A stretch of 64,000 nucleotides of DNA from Polymyxa betae A26-41 (Eukaryota; Protista; Endomyxa: Phytomyxea), in contig RBZT01000978.1 in NCBI GenBank assembly GCA_003693705.1, forward strand, positions 1 through 64,000. The letters run 5' to 3'. Positions within the stretch are counted from its first letter, which is position 1. Each line of letters opens with the position of its first letter. The notes under the pieces were generated by a model, which saw nothing but the letters and a program-made list of their open reading frames with translations, did no database searches and was not told the DNA's origin. Below are positions 63,752 to 64,000 of this stretch, piece by piece. Both the position numbers and the translations under genes were made by a program.

Positions 63752-64000
63752 TTATTGGCGCGATCGATATCGCTCAGCACGAATGCTACAGCCAAAAGGA
63801 CTGCTAGTTTCGTCCGATCTCCTCTCCTGGTTCGACGTATCAAATTTGCCAGAATCAACTCTTTCGAAACCGCCACTAAAATCCGACCCCGAATTAGATT
63901 CAGAGTTAGGTGAAGGTTCGGAACAAAACGCTCCTGGTGCTTTCTTACAACACTTTTTGCACCGAATCTTGCACCCGAACGACGATGCGATGGCAATTAA
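63752..64000 (-). CDS. 3' end of a gene running off the window (Cys-cluster tail)
   Basis: Open frame LIAIASSFGCKIRCKKCCKKAPG...RYRSRQ*. Confidence 0.35.
   Translation of the reverse strand, partial: LIAIASSFGCKIRCKKCCKKAPGAFCSEPSPNSESNSGSDFSGGFERVDSGKFDTSNQERRSDETSSPFGCSIRAERYRSRQ

Noticed and set aside
18867-63913. Numerous antisense ORFs in the ORF track (e.g. 18867-19151, 45776-46165, 58714-59043, 63485-63913)
   Set aside because: They are mostly shadows of real exons on the opposite strand and have no independent motifs.

Overview
Gene-dense, AT-rich eukaryotic nuclear DNA with many short (mostly ~45-55 nt) GT-AG introns and weak splice consensus. It comes from a flagellated protist (IFT81, IFT57 and an ODA-DC gene are present). 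The channel-cyclase, Zn2Cys6 factor and transposon types fit a SAR-type organism, possibly a phytomyxid/rhizarian parasite; this is an inference. The first 3.3 kb is a transposon cluster: a Gag-only retroelement ORF, and an internally deleted hAT element with a perfect 8-bp TSD inserted into a tiny Tc1/pogo-like MITE. About 30 protein genes follow, including a K+-channel-type adenylyl cyclase, a CENP-E-like kinesin with 53-aa repeats, two GPI-type surface proteins, PDHB, TRAPPC11, HPRT, SDHAF4, a REV7-like HORMA protein, a double-Zn2Cys6/PAS transcription factor, ALDH, IFT81, CDT1, a cullin, an XRCC4-like protein, a USP, TMEM184, an MFS transporter, a two-pore channel, PEX19, ODAD1-like, IFT57, OGDH and EMC6. 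Main observations: (1) the channel-cyclase has lost both metal-binding Asp but keeps the other half-site, suggesting a heterodimer partner or pseudo-enzyme; (2) an 83-bp exonic tandem duplication in the Zn2Cys6-PAS gene is out of frame unless a 65-nt GT-AG segment inside it is spliced, a candidate newborn intron; (3) a decayed organellar rps12 fragment is bracketed by a ~40-bp duplication; (4) a secreted coiled-coil protein resembles extrusome matrix proteins. Gene models were built by hand, so boundaries are approximate where stated.
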